From: Escherichia phage vB_EcoM_VR26
Length of the DNA: 64,000 nt
Strand: one strand, 5' to 3'
Sequence record: NC_028957.1
In this document: positions 18,805 to 27,748 of the stretch, one piece after another
Numbering within the stretch: position 1 is the stretch's first letter
Layout: each line of letters starts with the position of its first letter
The notes under the pieces: model-generated
The model's database searches: none
What the model was told of the DNA's origin: nothing
Seen by the model: only the letters and a program-made list of their open reading frames with translations
Position numbers and translations under genes: made by a program

Positions 18805-20337
18805 TTATTTTAACCCCGTCTGTGACCAGTCGCCAAATACTTCTTCGAAAGTATCTGCACGGTCTTTATCGAATCTGAACCCTTTGATAATCGGAAGGAA
18901 CAGTTTAACAGTATTATCTTTACGAGTTTCAGAAGTCAACCAACCATTACATTCACAATCAGCAATCATTCCAACTAATTCACCTTTACGAGCCTTAATC
19001 ATAAGAGCTTCGCGGTCCATTTCATGACGCTCATCAATTGGGATAATAGCCCATTTCTTAGTCTTCGGGTCTTTGACTTGTGTTGTATCTTTGAAGCCTG
19101 ACCCACAATTGGTAACAATTTTACCGCAAGAAGATTGAAGCACAACACCACCAATTTTATTTGGGTCTTTCTCGTGCTCATAGAATCCGATAATTTCCAA
19201 AGCGATGTCAATAACTTCTTTGAACTTGTACATATTCTTAGAACGCTTGTTTTCCCAAGGAGCTGCAGTGTTTTTAAGAATAATACCTTCGAGCTTTAAA
19301 GCAATATATTTCTTATAGATGGCTTTGGCTTCTTCGAGGTTATTAACCACGTGGTTTTCAATCAGAATCATGCGGTCGTAGCCATGAAGCACCACGTTAT
19401 CTGCAATCATCTTCTCTAATACCGCGAACCGCACATCATATTTCAGAGGGTTAAGAATTTTAACATCTGAATACACTTCAATCAACGGAACATAATCCCA
19501 GACCTGGAATTTCATGCCAGCTGCTTCAGTCGCAGTGATAGTTCCTTTTAATGATTTGTTCGCTAGACCGTTTGACTTAGTACGAGATTCCGCAGATTCA
19601 ATTTGAGTCTCGGCTTGCTCTGTATCGCCAAAAAGGAAGGCCAAACCGTCATTCTGGGGAGCTACTTTCTGTTCATGGTATACTAACTCGCCATCAATTA
19701 AAACGCCCTCAGGATGTCTCTCACGCGCTTCACGGGTGGCTTCAATCAGTTCCTTTTTAAGGAGGTCAAGCTTGAGGTATTCGTTACCGGCACGGGATAA
19801 CAATCGAACATCATCCAACTCATCACCACGAACTTCTGCAAAACACCTGGCACCATCGGCTTTCAATTGTGCAAAGGCCGGGAACTTAATGTTTTTAGCA
19901 ATACCTGCTTCATCATAAGAAGAAGCAAGCATCTGTGGCTGTTCAGGAATTAAACCTTTCCAAACTTTATTCGCAATCGATACGGATGCCCCACATTCCA
20001 GGTCACGCATCATCACACGGCGCAGGACTTCAACATCTGCTTTTTTACCATCAGCAATATAACCCGATAATTCCTCGATTGCAGCATTACCTGTTAATTT
20101 ACGAGGGGCTAATGTAAATTCGATAAAGTCAAGCATATCACTTATATTCAGCATACCAAAGCTTTGAGTCGTTGTCCCAGGTTTTGGCCATTTCTTGATA
20201 TAGAACTGAATGCCTTTGGAATATGTCAAACGATACACACGTTTAAGCGTTTCATTTTCAGAATACGATTCCAGGATAGCTTGTTTCTCTTTCGTAGAAT
20301 CGGTTGCAGCAATTTCATTTAAAATATCTAAAATCAT
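18805..20337 (-). CDS. 30: ATP-dependent DNA ligase
   Basis: 510 aa; MILDILNEIAATDSTKEKQAILE…; adenylation motif KADGAR; near-colinear with T4 DNA ligase as recalled. Confidence 0.93.
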   Translation of the reverse strand: MILDILNEIAATDSTKEKQAILESYSENETLKRVYRLTYSKGIQFYIKKWPKPGTTTQSFGMLNISDMLDFIEFTLAPRKLTGNAAIEELSGYIADGKKADVEVLRRVMMRDLECGASVSIANKVWKGLIPEQPQMLASSYDEAGIAKNIKFPAFAQLKADGARCFAEVRGDELDDVRLLSRAGNEYLKLDLLKKELIEATREARERHPEGVLIDGELVYHEQKVAPQNDGLAFLFGDTEQAETQIESAESRTKSNGLANKSLKGTITATEAAGMKFQVWDYVPLIEVYSDVKILNPLKYDVRFAVLEKMIADNVVLHGYDRMILIENHVVNNLEEAKAIYKKYIALKLEGIILKNTAAPWENKRSKNMYKFKEVIDIALEIIGFYEHEKDPNKIGGVVLQSSCGKIVTNCGSGFKDTTQVKDPKTKKWAIIPIDERHEMDREALMIKARKGELVGMIADCECNGWLTSETRKDNTVKLFLPIIKGFRFDKDRADTFEEVFGDWSQTGLK

Positions 20338-20347
20338 TAATCACCTC

Positions 20348-20626
20348 TTAGTCGTTGGCTCTATTATATGCCACGTCTTCCAAAAGCAAATCCAGACGCT
20401 TATGATAAGTGAACACAAATTTCGTGGCACCGTCTGGTTTCATTTTAGTCATGAAGTGAACATAAATGAACCCCTGCTCAACACATTCACGCCAAACGGG
20501 ATTATCTTTAGTCGGATTAATATCAAACGAGTAATCATGATTCACATGACGAATAAACTGGTTAACATGACCATAATCCATCGTAGTGGTTGGACCACGG
20601 TCAGAAATAGTATGAACGACAAACAT
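20348..20626 (-). CDS. hypothetical protein (30.1-like by position)
   Basis: ORF 20348-20668 trimmed to internal ATG to avoid 40-nt overlap with the upstream gene; start uncertain. Confidence 0.45.
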   Translation of the reverse strand: MFVVHTISDRGPTTTMDYGHVNQFIRHVNHDYSFDINPTKDNPVWRECVEQGFIYVHFMTKMKPDGATKFVFTYHKRLDLLLEDVAYNRAND

Positions 20627-20627
20627 A

Positions 20628-21446
20628 TTAACCCCTTCCACCAGTTGGTTGATTGTACCAGTATTCAATACCAGTACCTACGCGCTGACCATATTGGTAT
20701 GGATATGCTGGATTATATCCAGGAGTCCATTGTTGACCTGGCTGCCAGCCTTGCTGCATTTGTTGTTGAAGACGCCGAGTTTCACGAAACAGTTCTTCCA
20801 GTTTATGAAGTTCATCTGGTGTGAATTCTGGTTTGGTCGGTTCATCTTTGTGTTTCAGTTTAAGCTGTCCGGCAACATCGTCCCAATTAAAAACTTTGGA
20901 AGCTGTTTTAGGAATAGCATCACGTTCGCCACGAGCCATCCAATAAACTGGAACTGCAAGGATTTCACTCGCATGGTCGCAATGGTGAGCAAGGTCATCA
21001 ATATAACAAATGACATTATATTTGTCTTTTGCCTTCTGGAACAACTCCTCTTTAGAGGCTGTATGACCACACATCATAACTTCTTTAAACGCACCAGGGA
21101 ACAAAGCATTCAGGTTGAATTGACGATTCAGACGAGCATCAATGGAATCGCCCAGGGCTGTAACAGCCACAAAATCATATTGTTCTTTGAGGCTATTAAT
21201 AACCCTTAACGCATCTGCATAAGGAGACAAATAACGAATAAAATCTGAACAGTTATATTTCTCAATCAACTGTGCGCCCAACTCTTCATCACAATTGAAC
21301 AGTTTGCCAGGGGTCACAAATTTTTCATCCTGAATCATCTTAAGGATATGTTCCAGGGGTAAATTGTATTTTTGGGCGAAATAAGGCAAGCCAGACTGCC
21401 ATGACAAACATACGCCATCAATGTCTGTTAAAATAACGGGTTTCAT
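20628..21446 (-). CDS. HAD-superfamily-like hydrolase (30.2-like by position) with Gln/Pro/Tyr-rich tail
   Basis: 272 aa; N-terminal motif I LTDIDGV (DxDG[VT]), downstream VAVTA and CYIDD motifs typical of HAD phosphatases; low-complexity C-terminus QQMQQGWQPGQQWTPGYNPAYPYQYG. Confidence 0.6.
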   Translation of the reverse strand: MKPVILTDIDGVCLSWQSGLPYFAQKYNLPLEHILKMIQDEKFVTPGKLFNCDEELGAQLIEKYNCSDFIRYLSPYADALRVINSLKEQYDFVAVTALGDSIDARLNRQFNLNALFPGAFKEVMMCGHTASKEELFQKAKDKYNVICYIDDLAHHCDHASEILAVPVYWMARGERDAIPKTASKVFNWDDVAGQLKLKHKDEPTKPEFTPDELHKLEELFRETRRLQQQMQQGWQPGQQWTPGYNPAYPYQYGQRVGTGIEYWYNQPTGGRG

Positions 21447-21910
21447 AATGCATCTCTCAATTGGTTAAGTATGTCAATAAATTCTTGTTCAGTCAATATT
21501 GTATCATGAACAGTAAGGTGGCTCGCCATCGAATGCTTTAAAACTTTGCCCTTTGTAGCTTGTAATGCGTCGCGGAATCCTTTGTTTTGGAGAGCTGCTT
21601 CAAAATATGCACTTGTATACAACTCTTTCCATGCTGCAGAGTATCTTGAAAAGGGAATTCCAAGCCAGAAAAGCGTCCCACGGTCCGCAGCTCTTGCATA
21701 AGCTCTTCCAGTTTGTTGTGCGACCAGCCCGGACATCCCAAATATACGTTTTTGTTGTTCATAATTTCTCACCTTGCACCCTTGGAGGAAGCCTTCAAGA
21801 CCTCCAAACTGGATACCATCCATAACAAAAGGCCATTTGGCAAAGTTACTTAATGCACATGATGGCCACGGGAAATTGCTTCTGATTTCTAACTCAGACA
21901 TCTTTGACAC
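21443..21910 (-). CDS. hypothetical protein (30.3-like by position)
   Basis: 155-aa ORF coupled (ATGA overlap) to downstream gene. Confidence 0.6.
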   Translation of the reverse strand: MSKMSELEIRSNFPWPSCALSNFAKWPFVMDGIQFGGLEGFLQGCKVRNYEQQKRIFGMSGLVAQQTGRAYARAADRGTLFWLGIPFSRYSAAWKELYTSAYFEAALQNKGFRDALQATKGKVLKHSMASHLTVHDTILTEQEFIDILNQLRDAL

Positions 21911-22106
21911 TTATAATATCGATATCACACCAATGACCATAACCTGGTAGACGGTCTTCAACAGATAAACCGCTGACATATTTGAGCATCGTTGTTTTCA
22001 TTATAACAGGTTCAATATCTTGACCGCCTGGGCGAACGTCAGTCACGCGATAAGTCACTTCAACCATTTCTGTGCCCAAAATTTTCTGAATCAATTTCTT
22101 AAACAT
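21894..22106 (-). CDS. hypothetical protein
   Basis: 70-aa ORF in early-gene array. Confidence 0.45.
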   Translation of the reverse strand: MFKKLIQKILGTEMVEVTYRVTDVRPGGQDIEPVIMKTTMLKYVSGLSVEDRLPGYGHWCDIDIISVKDV

Positions 22107-22107
22107 A

Positions 22108-22302
22108 TTATCCTCGCTTTAAACATTTGATTACAGACAATTCTTGCCCCATGCGGACGTCTTCAGTTCCATCAACCCACAGGACTGCATAGGCTTCTTT
22201 AATGGAAATATTACCAAATTTGAAAGCAGGCAGGACCTTGGAAATCATTCCAGGAATACCCACACCTTTTAACTGAACAGTTTGTGATAAGAACAATTTC
22301 AT
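22108..22302 (-). CDS. hypothetical protein
   Basis: 64-aa ORF in early-gene array. Confidence 0.45.
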   Translation of the reverse strand: MKLFLSQTVQLKGVGIPGMISKVLPAFKFGNISIKEAYAVLWVDGTEDVRMGQELSVIKCLKRG

Positions 22303-22589
22303 TAAAACCTCGTCTGAAAACCGCGCGATTTAACATTCTTGCCATTGATATCAGAGGAATTAATTTCACGTGCTGCAATTGGGTCAATATCAATGTCGCG
22401 ACTAAGCTTGGTGATTGCTAGAGTATCGCGACCATTTACAGTGCGAAATTCTAGTGGACAAACTACATCAACATAGTTCTTAATGGAATCGCGTGTTGGT
22501 TCACACCCAGCAGGAACATTAGGGCCTTTTTTAGAGAAAACAACTTCACAGAAATTTTTACGAGTATCAAAATAAGTGGTCATAAACAT
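22302..22589 (-). CDS. hypothetical protein
   Basis: Start placed at ATG with GAGGA SD (MFMTTYFDT…); preceded by hairpin ggggcgaaagcccc. Confidence 0.5.
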   Translation of the reverse strand: MFMTTYFDTRKNFCEVVFSKKGPNVPAGCEPTRDSIKNYVDVVCPLEFRTVNGRDTLAITKLSRDIDIDPIAAREINSSDINGKNVKSRGFQTRF

Positions 22590-22625
22590 AATATTTTCCT
22601 CAAGGGGCTTTCGCCCCATTTAAGA

Positions 22626-22991
22626 TTAGATATCAAATTCATTAAGAACTACATCAAAGATTGCTTCCAGGTGTGCAGGTTTTGCTTTGTTGCTCAGAAT
22701 ATGGCGAATCCAAGTTTTAACCAGAAGCTTACGATTAACACCATTCCAGCAAGGATGAGTACCTAAATCACGTTCACGGAAATCATCATCCAGAGCGATT
22801 TTAAAGTTGGAACCTTCCATTGTGATTGAAAGAGTGATACCATTTTCAAATCGCATATAAACATAGTTGGGAGTCATATACTGTTCAATTTCACACACTG
22901 AACCATTTTTATGTTTCCATAAACAAATAACTTCAGAAGAACCTGGGATACAGTTGGAAACATATTTGCGTTCAAAGTTGATGTAGTTCAT
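22626..22991 (-). CDS. hypothetical protein
   Basis: 121-aa ORF. Confidence 0.5.
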   Translation of the reverse strand: MNYINFERKYVSNCIPGSSEVICLWKHKNGSVCEIEQYMTPNYVYMRFENGITLSITMEGSNFKIALDDDFRERDLGTHPCWNGVNRKLLVKTWIRHILSNKAKPAHLEAIFDVVLNEFDI

Positions 22992-23062
22992 TTTATTCTC
23001 CAGTTATTTTCATTTGTTGGTACAGGTTTATAATATCATAACCTGTACCAAAGTAAACTGTT

Positions 23063-23431
23063 TTATGCGACTTTAATCCAATTATCTAAATTTAATTCAC
23101 CCTTAGCTTTCATTTTTTCAATCAGAAGGTCTGCAGTGGTGCGACCATTTTGATACCATGTAACATCTTCAGAATAACCAGTTTCTTCATCTTCATAGGT
23201 CTTACAACGAATCTTACCAAGAATCAAAGTTTTCAGTTCGTAGGTATCACCAGTAAAAAAGTTTGTTACCAAAATTTTCCAGGAGAAGTCATCAGAAGGA
23301 CCTTCAGGAGTCATGCAACCAACAAATTCAAACTGTTCTTTATGCAAGTGCCATTGGAGTTCTTTAGTTTCAATGGCTTTATAACCGTCGTGGTCTTTAC
23401 CTTTGATGTATGAGTTAAGATTGATTTTCAT
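23063..23431 (-). CDS. hypothetical protein
   Basis: 122-aa ORF directly downstream of an early promoter. Confidence 0.55.
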   Translation of the reverse strand: MKINLNSYIKGKDHDGYKAIETKELQWHLHKEQFEFVGCMTPEGPSDDFSWKILVTNFFTGDTYELKTLILGKIRCKTYEDEETGYSEDVTWYQNGRTTADLLIEKMKAKGELNLDNWIKVA

Positions 23432-23472
23432 TTTATTCTCCAGTGTTTTATTGTGTAACTCAGTATGGAATC

Positions 23473-23502
23473 ATTATGCACTGGTCAAACCCTGTTGTAA
23501 AC
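23473..23502 (-). promoter_or_regulatory. T4-type early promoter (GTTTAC–18 nt–CATAAT)
   Basis: Minus strand GTTTACaacagggtttgaccagtgCATAATgattccatactgagttacac; shares the 22-nt taactcagtatggaatcattat cassette found at three other sites. Confidence 0.5.
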
Positions 23503-23514
23503 CTTTTTATGGAA

Positions 23515-23540
23515 ATAAAAAAGGGACTCCGAAGAGTCCC
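23515..23540 (-). terminator. rho-independent terminator (gggactc-cgaa-gagtccc + U run on minus strand)
   Basis: 7-bp stem; on the minus strand the hairpin is followed by TTTTTTAT; located 6 nt after the stop of the 53-aa ORF. Confidence 0.6.
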
Positions 23541-23545
23541 TGAAC

Positions 23546-23707
23546 TTATGCTTTCGGCTTACCAAAGCAAGCTGCATCGGCACGCAATACCGCACGAGCA
23601 CGAGCCTGAAGTTTATCAGTCACCTGATTGATTCGCTTGTTGGACGCACGCTTGTAACCAGCGCGTTTGGAGGAGCCATCAACAACTTTAACTTCTTTCT
23701 TAGCCAT
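23546..23707 (-). CDS. small basic protein (53 aa)
   Basis: Manually translated: MAKKEVKVVDGSSKRAGYKRASNKRINQVTDKLQARARAVLRADAACFGKPKA; below ORF-track cutoff; followed by strong terminator. Confidence 0.4.
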   Translation of the reverse strand: MAKKEVKVVDGSSKRAGYKRASNKRINQVTDKLQARARAVLRADAACFGKPKA

Positions 23708-24105
23708 ATTAAATTCTCTTTAAAATAGAATGCAGGACTTATTGACATTGCCCGCGCAAGCCCTCGAAGGGAACATTAGGTTTCGGATATTTAACGGCAG
23801 GATAACCATAAACCTCGCCATCATACCTTATAGCTCTTATCTGTTGCACACCGTTAGCTTAAAGGTTCCGGGTTCGATTACTCGAGGATAAGATATATAC
23901 TGATGGATATATAGGCCTTGAGGCGTACTCCCGATTGGCCATCACCTCGGGGTAGCATGCACTTGCCGCTATAAAATAACATTCAAGAGGTACACCATAA
24001 AACTGCCGAGGTCTTAAAACTATAATGATTCGCAAATCATTAATCAGACAGTTCGATGGCTCCTCGATTTTCTAGCCGCACTTAAGGTAGCGAATCACCT
24101 AAAAC

Positions 24106-24360
24106 TTACTTCAGAGTAACGACAAAATGGCGAACAGCTTTGCGAGCTGCAGATGCCAGCGGCTTAGCAAATTTCAGTTCATCTTTAGCTTCGAGCACAG
24201 CGCGAAGGTCGGTTTGTACCGGGTTAAGATGTTTGAAATACTGCAGAATTTCCAGTGCTTCGGCTTCAACATCAATAGATGCGCCGTAGTTTTCGTGACC
24301 GTTATTCCATGCAGTGCGTTGCAGTTCAAGAGCGTGTTGTAATTGTTTGTTTAAAGACAT
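24106..24360 (-). CDS. rIII: rIII lysis-inhibition accessory protein
   Basis: Internal start MSLNKQLQHALELQRTAWNNGHENYGASIDVEAEALEILQYFKHLNP…KAVRHFVVTLK matches T4 rIII as recalled; GAGG SD upstream of this ATG. Confidence 0.8.
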   Translation of the reverse strand: MSLNKQLQHALELQRTAWNNGHENYGASIDVEAEALEILQYFKHLNPVQTDLRAVLEAKDELKFAKPLASAARKAVRHFVVTLK

Positions 24361-24500
24361 TTTAGAAGCCTCAATATGAGGTGAATATTTGGTGGACACG
24401 TTCTTCTGAATTTCACTTCCTTTCGGCAAGTCTCTCAGTTGTAGTCCACCGTTTAGGATTCTCCGGGTAACTAACTGGTCCGGCAGCCAATCCATATTAT

Positions 24501-24508
24501 TATTTATA
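24501..24508 (-). promoter_or_regulatory. late promoter motif TATAAATA (minus strand) upstream of rIII
   Basis: + strand TATTTATA = minus TATAAATA, ~140 nt upstream of rIII ATG. Confidence 0.4.
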
Positions 24509-24517
24509 ACGCTAATT

Positions 24518-24841
24518 TTACTTATAAAGGCAAGGAACAGCTTTATAATGACAGGTCACAAATTTCTGCTTAACTTCTTTAGCCTGCTTAAGTCCCAAGG
24601 CAACCAGAGGATGTGGAACGTTTGCAATCTTGCCAACCGGAAGAGGAGTCAAATCACCTACTTCACAGAAGCCTTCAGGAACATCTGAACCAATCGAAAA
24701 TACTTCACACATCTCGGGAATTTCACCCTGATGAAGTTTTCCGATAACGATACCTGATGCCGTAGTTTCTTCGTCACCAGCTTGCTTTGGCTCAGAAACC
24801 AAAATAATATATTCACCTACTGCTTTAATTGGTAATTCCAT
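24518..24841 (-). CDS. 31: co-chaperonin gp31 (GroES analogue for capsid protein folding)
   Basis: …[32 protein letters not shown]…[26 protein letters not shown]…[15 protein letters not shown] matches T4 gp31 as recalled; start at second ATG. Confidence 0.85.
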   Translation of the reverse strand: MELPIKAVGEYIILVSEPKQAGDEETTASGIVIGKLHQGEIPEMCEVFSIGSDVPEGFCEVGDLTPLPVGKIANVPHPLVALGLKQAKEVKQKFVTCHYKAVPCLYK

Positions 24842-24896
24842 ATTTAATCCATGTTGTTTGGTCATGTATTAATAATAACACGCGTTGTTTGAAGCA

Positions 24897-25196
24897 TTAA
24901 AGGACGAGCAGAGTCTCGGTCTGTAATCCATTCACAGAAATCAATTTATTGAAACAGAATGAACGCCACTCATTAAGCTTGGTATCAAATACCCTGATAT
25001 AGCTAACCGGTTCTTTACTAGCTTCTGGTCCAGGGGCCTGGATTTCTTTATACGGCAACAGGTCCAGGTCGCGAGTACAAGTCATACGACGGATGCTGCC
25101 ATCTGCTTTTTCAAACAGAACTTCGTGAAAGCCAACAGACAAGATAGTCTTGACTTTTTCACGGAGGCGAATTGTTTCTTGTTCAGTTAAAATCAT
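24897..25196 (-). CDS. hypothetical protein (31.1-like by position)
   Basis: 99-aa ORF between cd and 31. Confidence 0.55.
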   Translation of the reverse strand: MILTEQETIRLREKVKTILSVGFHEVLFEKADGSIRRMTCTRDLDLLPYKEIQAPGPEASKEPVSYIRVFDTKLNEWRSFCFNKLISVNGLQTETLLVL

Positions 25197-25198
25197 AA

Positions 25199-25432
25199 TT
25201 ATTCCAAAACAGTTTTAATGGTGGTTGTACCGCGCGATTTTAAAGCGCTCAACAGGTTTTTACATTTTTCAAAAACTGGGTCCGTTTTATACTTAATGCT
25301 TTCATCAATCCATTCGGATTTATAGTAAGACTTCCAGCGAGAGAAAAAGTTCTTTTTGTATTCTACTGAAAAAGCAATTATACCAGTTCCTCTTGAACTA
25401 AGCCCGGATATTTTAACCATACGAAATTTCAT
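25199..25432 (-). CDS. hypothetical protein (31.2-like by position)
   Basis: 77-aa ORF, ATG overlaps cd stop. Confidence 0.5.
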   Translation of the reverse strand: MKFRMVKISGLSSRGTGIIAFSVEYKKNFFSRWKSYYKSEWIDESIKYKTDPVFEKCKNLLSALKSRGTTTIKTVLE

Positions 25433-26013
25433 TATTCACCACAAAATTCGTTAATGTTTTCCCAGTTCAATTTGTCTAGACTACGCTTAGGCACATTGAA
25501 CACCTCAATTCCTGCATTCTTTAGGATATCATCCCAACCGGGAATATTCTTGTCATACGTTTCACAGTAAACCAATTTCTTGATTCCTGATTGAGAAATT
25601 GCCTTTGCACAATCAGGGCAAGGAGAAAGCGTCACGTACATAGTCGCTCCCTCAATTGACGACCCCATCCTTGCTGCGAACAAAATCGCATTAAGTTCTG
25701 CGTGGATTTCGTTGTTCTTTGACCATGCAGAATGTTCTTCACGATGAGCTTTCGCCAATACAAAACGGTCAACCTTACTGAATCTCACACATTCTGGCTT
25801 GTGGCCAGGGACGAGAACAGGTTTAGGTTTATTCAGTAACCAACCTTGCTCCTCTGCATGCTCGCAACAGTTAACCCCACCTGCAGGGGAACCATTATAC
25901 CCTGTAGAAATAATGCGACCATTCTTTTCAATAACAGCTCCCACTTTCCAGGAGCAGCATTTTGATTCTTGAGATACAAGGTACGCGATTTGCAGAACAG
26001 TAGTTGGTTTCAT
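25432..26013 (-). CDS. cd: dCMP deaminase
   Basis: 193 aa; zinc-binding motifs HAEEQ and PCPDCAK characteristic of deoxycytidylate deaminases. Confidence 0.92.
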   Translation of the reverse strand: MKPTTVLQIAYLVSQESKCCSWKVGAVIEKNGRIISTGYNGSPAGGVNCCEHAEEQGWLLNKPKPVLVPGHKPECVRFSKVDRFVLAKAHREEHSAWSKNNEIHAELNAILFAARMGSSIEGATMYVTLSPCPDCAKAISQSGIKKLVYCETYDKNIPGWDDILKNAGIEVFNVPKRSLDKLNWENINEFCGE

Positions 26014-26349
26014 TTACATCACCACGAGATAATTGGTTTTAATAGTTTCAACACGATATAATTCATGTCGCAATTTAGTAATGCTCTTAACATGTGTTGT
26101 AATTATACTATCACCATCACTGAAGCGTTTTTTCTTATCATCAAAAATCACCCCAAACATTCGCTCACCAATTTCTACAGGAGCTTCTGTGATAACAACC
26201 GCATCATAATTACTTGGGTGAATACTTTTAAACAGAGCATCATTCGCAAGCGTTACTTTAATAAATGCAGTTGTCTCCGGGTCCAACTTACGATGGTCAC
26301 CCAAATCATTTTTAAGTGCTTCCTGGAAAATATCCATCAAATTCATCAT
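26014..26349 (-). CDS. hypothetical protein (cd.1-like)
   Basis: 111-aa ORF. Confidence 0.55.
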   Translation of the reverse strand: MMNLMDIFQEALKNDLGDHRKLDPETTAFIKVTLANDALFKSIHPSNYDAVVITEAPVEIGERMFGVIFDDKKKRFSDGDSIITTHVKSITKLRHELYRVETIKTNYLVVM

Positions 26350-26579
26350 TGAATGTACACTCGCTGCGCTTCAACCAGACCATCAGAACCCAATTTCAAT
26401 TGAGTAAGCTGGTCACCATCTTTTGGATTAATGACAATCATAAAACTGCGTGCAGATTCCTGAATAACTTGCAAAGTCGCATTAGGGAATCGCTCTGATA
26501 CGCGGTTAATCATCGTTTGAGCAAATGCCTTCACTTTTTCGTGGAACTCTTCAACAGTAATTGGGGTTTCGCTAAGCAT
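26346..26579 (-). CDS. hypothetical protein (cd.2-like)
   Basis: 77-aa ORF. Confidence 0.5.
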   Translation of the reverse strand: MLSETPITVEEFHEKVKAFAQTMINRVSERFPNATLQVIQESARSFMIVINPKDGDQLTQLKLGSDGLVEAQRVYIQ

Positions 26580-27121
26580 CAGATTGTCTCCTGTTTTACT
26601 TGTTTAACGATAGAAGCTTTTGTGATATCGCCCTTGATAATATAGCAATCTTCTGCAGTACCACGGTTTAATAGGCGCTCTGCTTCGTCTTCCGCATATT
26701 CTTTTGATGTATGACGAGAGTTAATCTCAATCTTGCCATTTTTAACCACGAGTAATTTCCAAACTGATGCAAGTTTCACCGGTACAGGCTCAACTTCTGG
26801 CTTAACACCAACTTCCGCCTGGATGAAATAATCAAATTCATCAGACAATGGACCAGCAGAAACAAACATTGCTCCATGATGCCTGTTCTGTGTGCTAGAT
26901 ATTTTTGCCAAATCCACAAAATCATTTTCATCAATCAAACGAATCTCACAAACTTTTTTACCGCCGCTGATAGCATCAGGTACAATCTTAACTTCAAACG
27001 GAGTCATGCCGATGTATCCAGCAATTTGGTAATTAGCTGCCCAGCCTCCGGCAATAAATTGTTTTTTGGCATTTTCAGACGTGAATTTGTAAAACTTACC
27101 TTCTTCAAAGAAATTGCTCAT
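26579..27121 (-). CDS. hypothetical protein with N-terminal GKFY…AKKQFIAGG domain (paralogue of 40065-40433)
   Basis: 180 aa; N-terminus EEGKFYKFTSENAKKQFIAGGWAANY resembles METGKFYTLDPAAKKQFIAGSPDD of the ORF at 40065-40433; own early promoter and conserved leader. Confidence 0.6.
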   Translation of the reverse strand: MSNFFEEGKFYKFTSENAKKQFIAGGWAANYQIAGYIGMTPFEVKIVPDAISGGKKVCEIRLIDENDFVDLAKISSTQNRHHGAMFVSAGPLSDEFDYFIQAEVGVKPEVEPVPVKLASVWKLLVVKNGKIEINSRHTSKEYAEDEAERLLNRGTAEDCYIIKGDITKASIVKQVKQETI

Positions 27122-27150
27122 TTTGTTTTCCTCATGTGTTGATGAAATTC

Positions 27151-27179
27151 ATTATACACCATCCGTGGTGAAAGTAAAC
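27151..27179 (-). promoter_or_regulatory. T4-type early promoter (GTTTAC–17 nt–TATAAT)
   Basis: Minus strand GTTTACtttcaccacggatggtgTATAAT followed by leader cacatgaggaaaacaaaATG. Confidence 0.5.
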
Positions 27180-27181
27180 AC

Positions 27182-27493
27182 TTAAATTGCTTCGACAACT
27201 ACCGTTTGTTTCTGGAAGTCCATTTTGCATGAAATGGCCAAAATGCGGTTATCAATTTTAAACGGAACAATTGCAAATGCTGCACCAGGCGTGAGTTGAA
27301 CAGTGATTGCATCAACTGCATCCGGGAACATGATTTCCAGAATAGCAGACAAACGACCATGCACCTTTAGTTCAGTCGACACGTCGACGCTTTCGTATAG
27401 ATAATCAGATACAATCTGACTAAAAACTACTTTAACAATTTCAGAATACGTAGGAAACATTTTCTTTTCTCGCTTAGTTATTGGGGTATCCAA
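27182..27493 (-). CDS. hypothetical protein
   Basis: 103-aa ORF. Confidence 0.45.
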   Translation of the reverse strand: MDTPITKREKKMFPTYSEIVKVVFSQIVSDYLYESVDVSTELKVHGRLSAILEIMFPDAVDAITVQLTPGAAFAIVPFKIDNRILAISCKMDFQKQTVVVEAI

Positions 27494-27532
27494 AGGACCT
27501 AGACCCCATTATAACATAAAATTTTTAAAGCG

Positions 27533-27748
27533 TTAATGAACGGTATGCACCTTGACATTAACGATAAATCGGTCAATGACTTCAGTCAGCGGAACAAACT
27601 CAACATAGTACTCGCCTTTGTAACGTTCATTGAGGTCATTACGAAGGGCCGCTAGCGAGTTAATGAGGGCAGGAGACATATTCTGCCCTACCAGTTTCTG
27701 AAGCTCTTTATAAGCTTCTTCTTCAACTTCATGGTGTTTGTTATACAT
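27533..27748 (-). CDS. hypothetical protein
   Basis: ORF 27533-27817 trimmed to internal ATG to resolve overlap; start uncertain. Confidence 0.35.
   Translation of the reverse strand: MYNKHHEVEEEAYKELQKLVGQNMSPALINSLAALRNDLNERYKGEYYVEFVPLTEVIDRFIVNVKVHTVH

Noticed and set aside
20210-21209. Two + strand ORFs (204 and 186 aa)
   Set aside because: Antisense to the 30.1-30.2-like early genes, which have coupling and promoters on the minus strand.
23860-23885. tRNA-like T-loop sequence GGTTCGATT
   Set aside because: Could not pair flanking sequence into a T-stem, acceptor stem or anticodon arm on either strand; retained only as part of the non-coding island finding.
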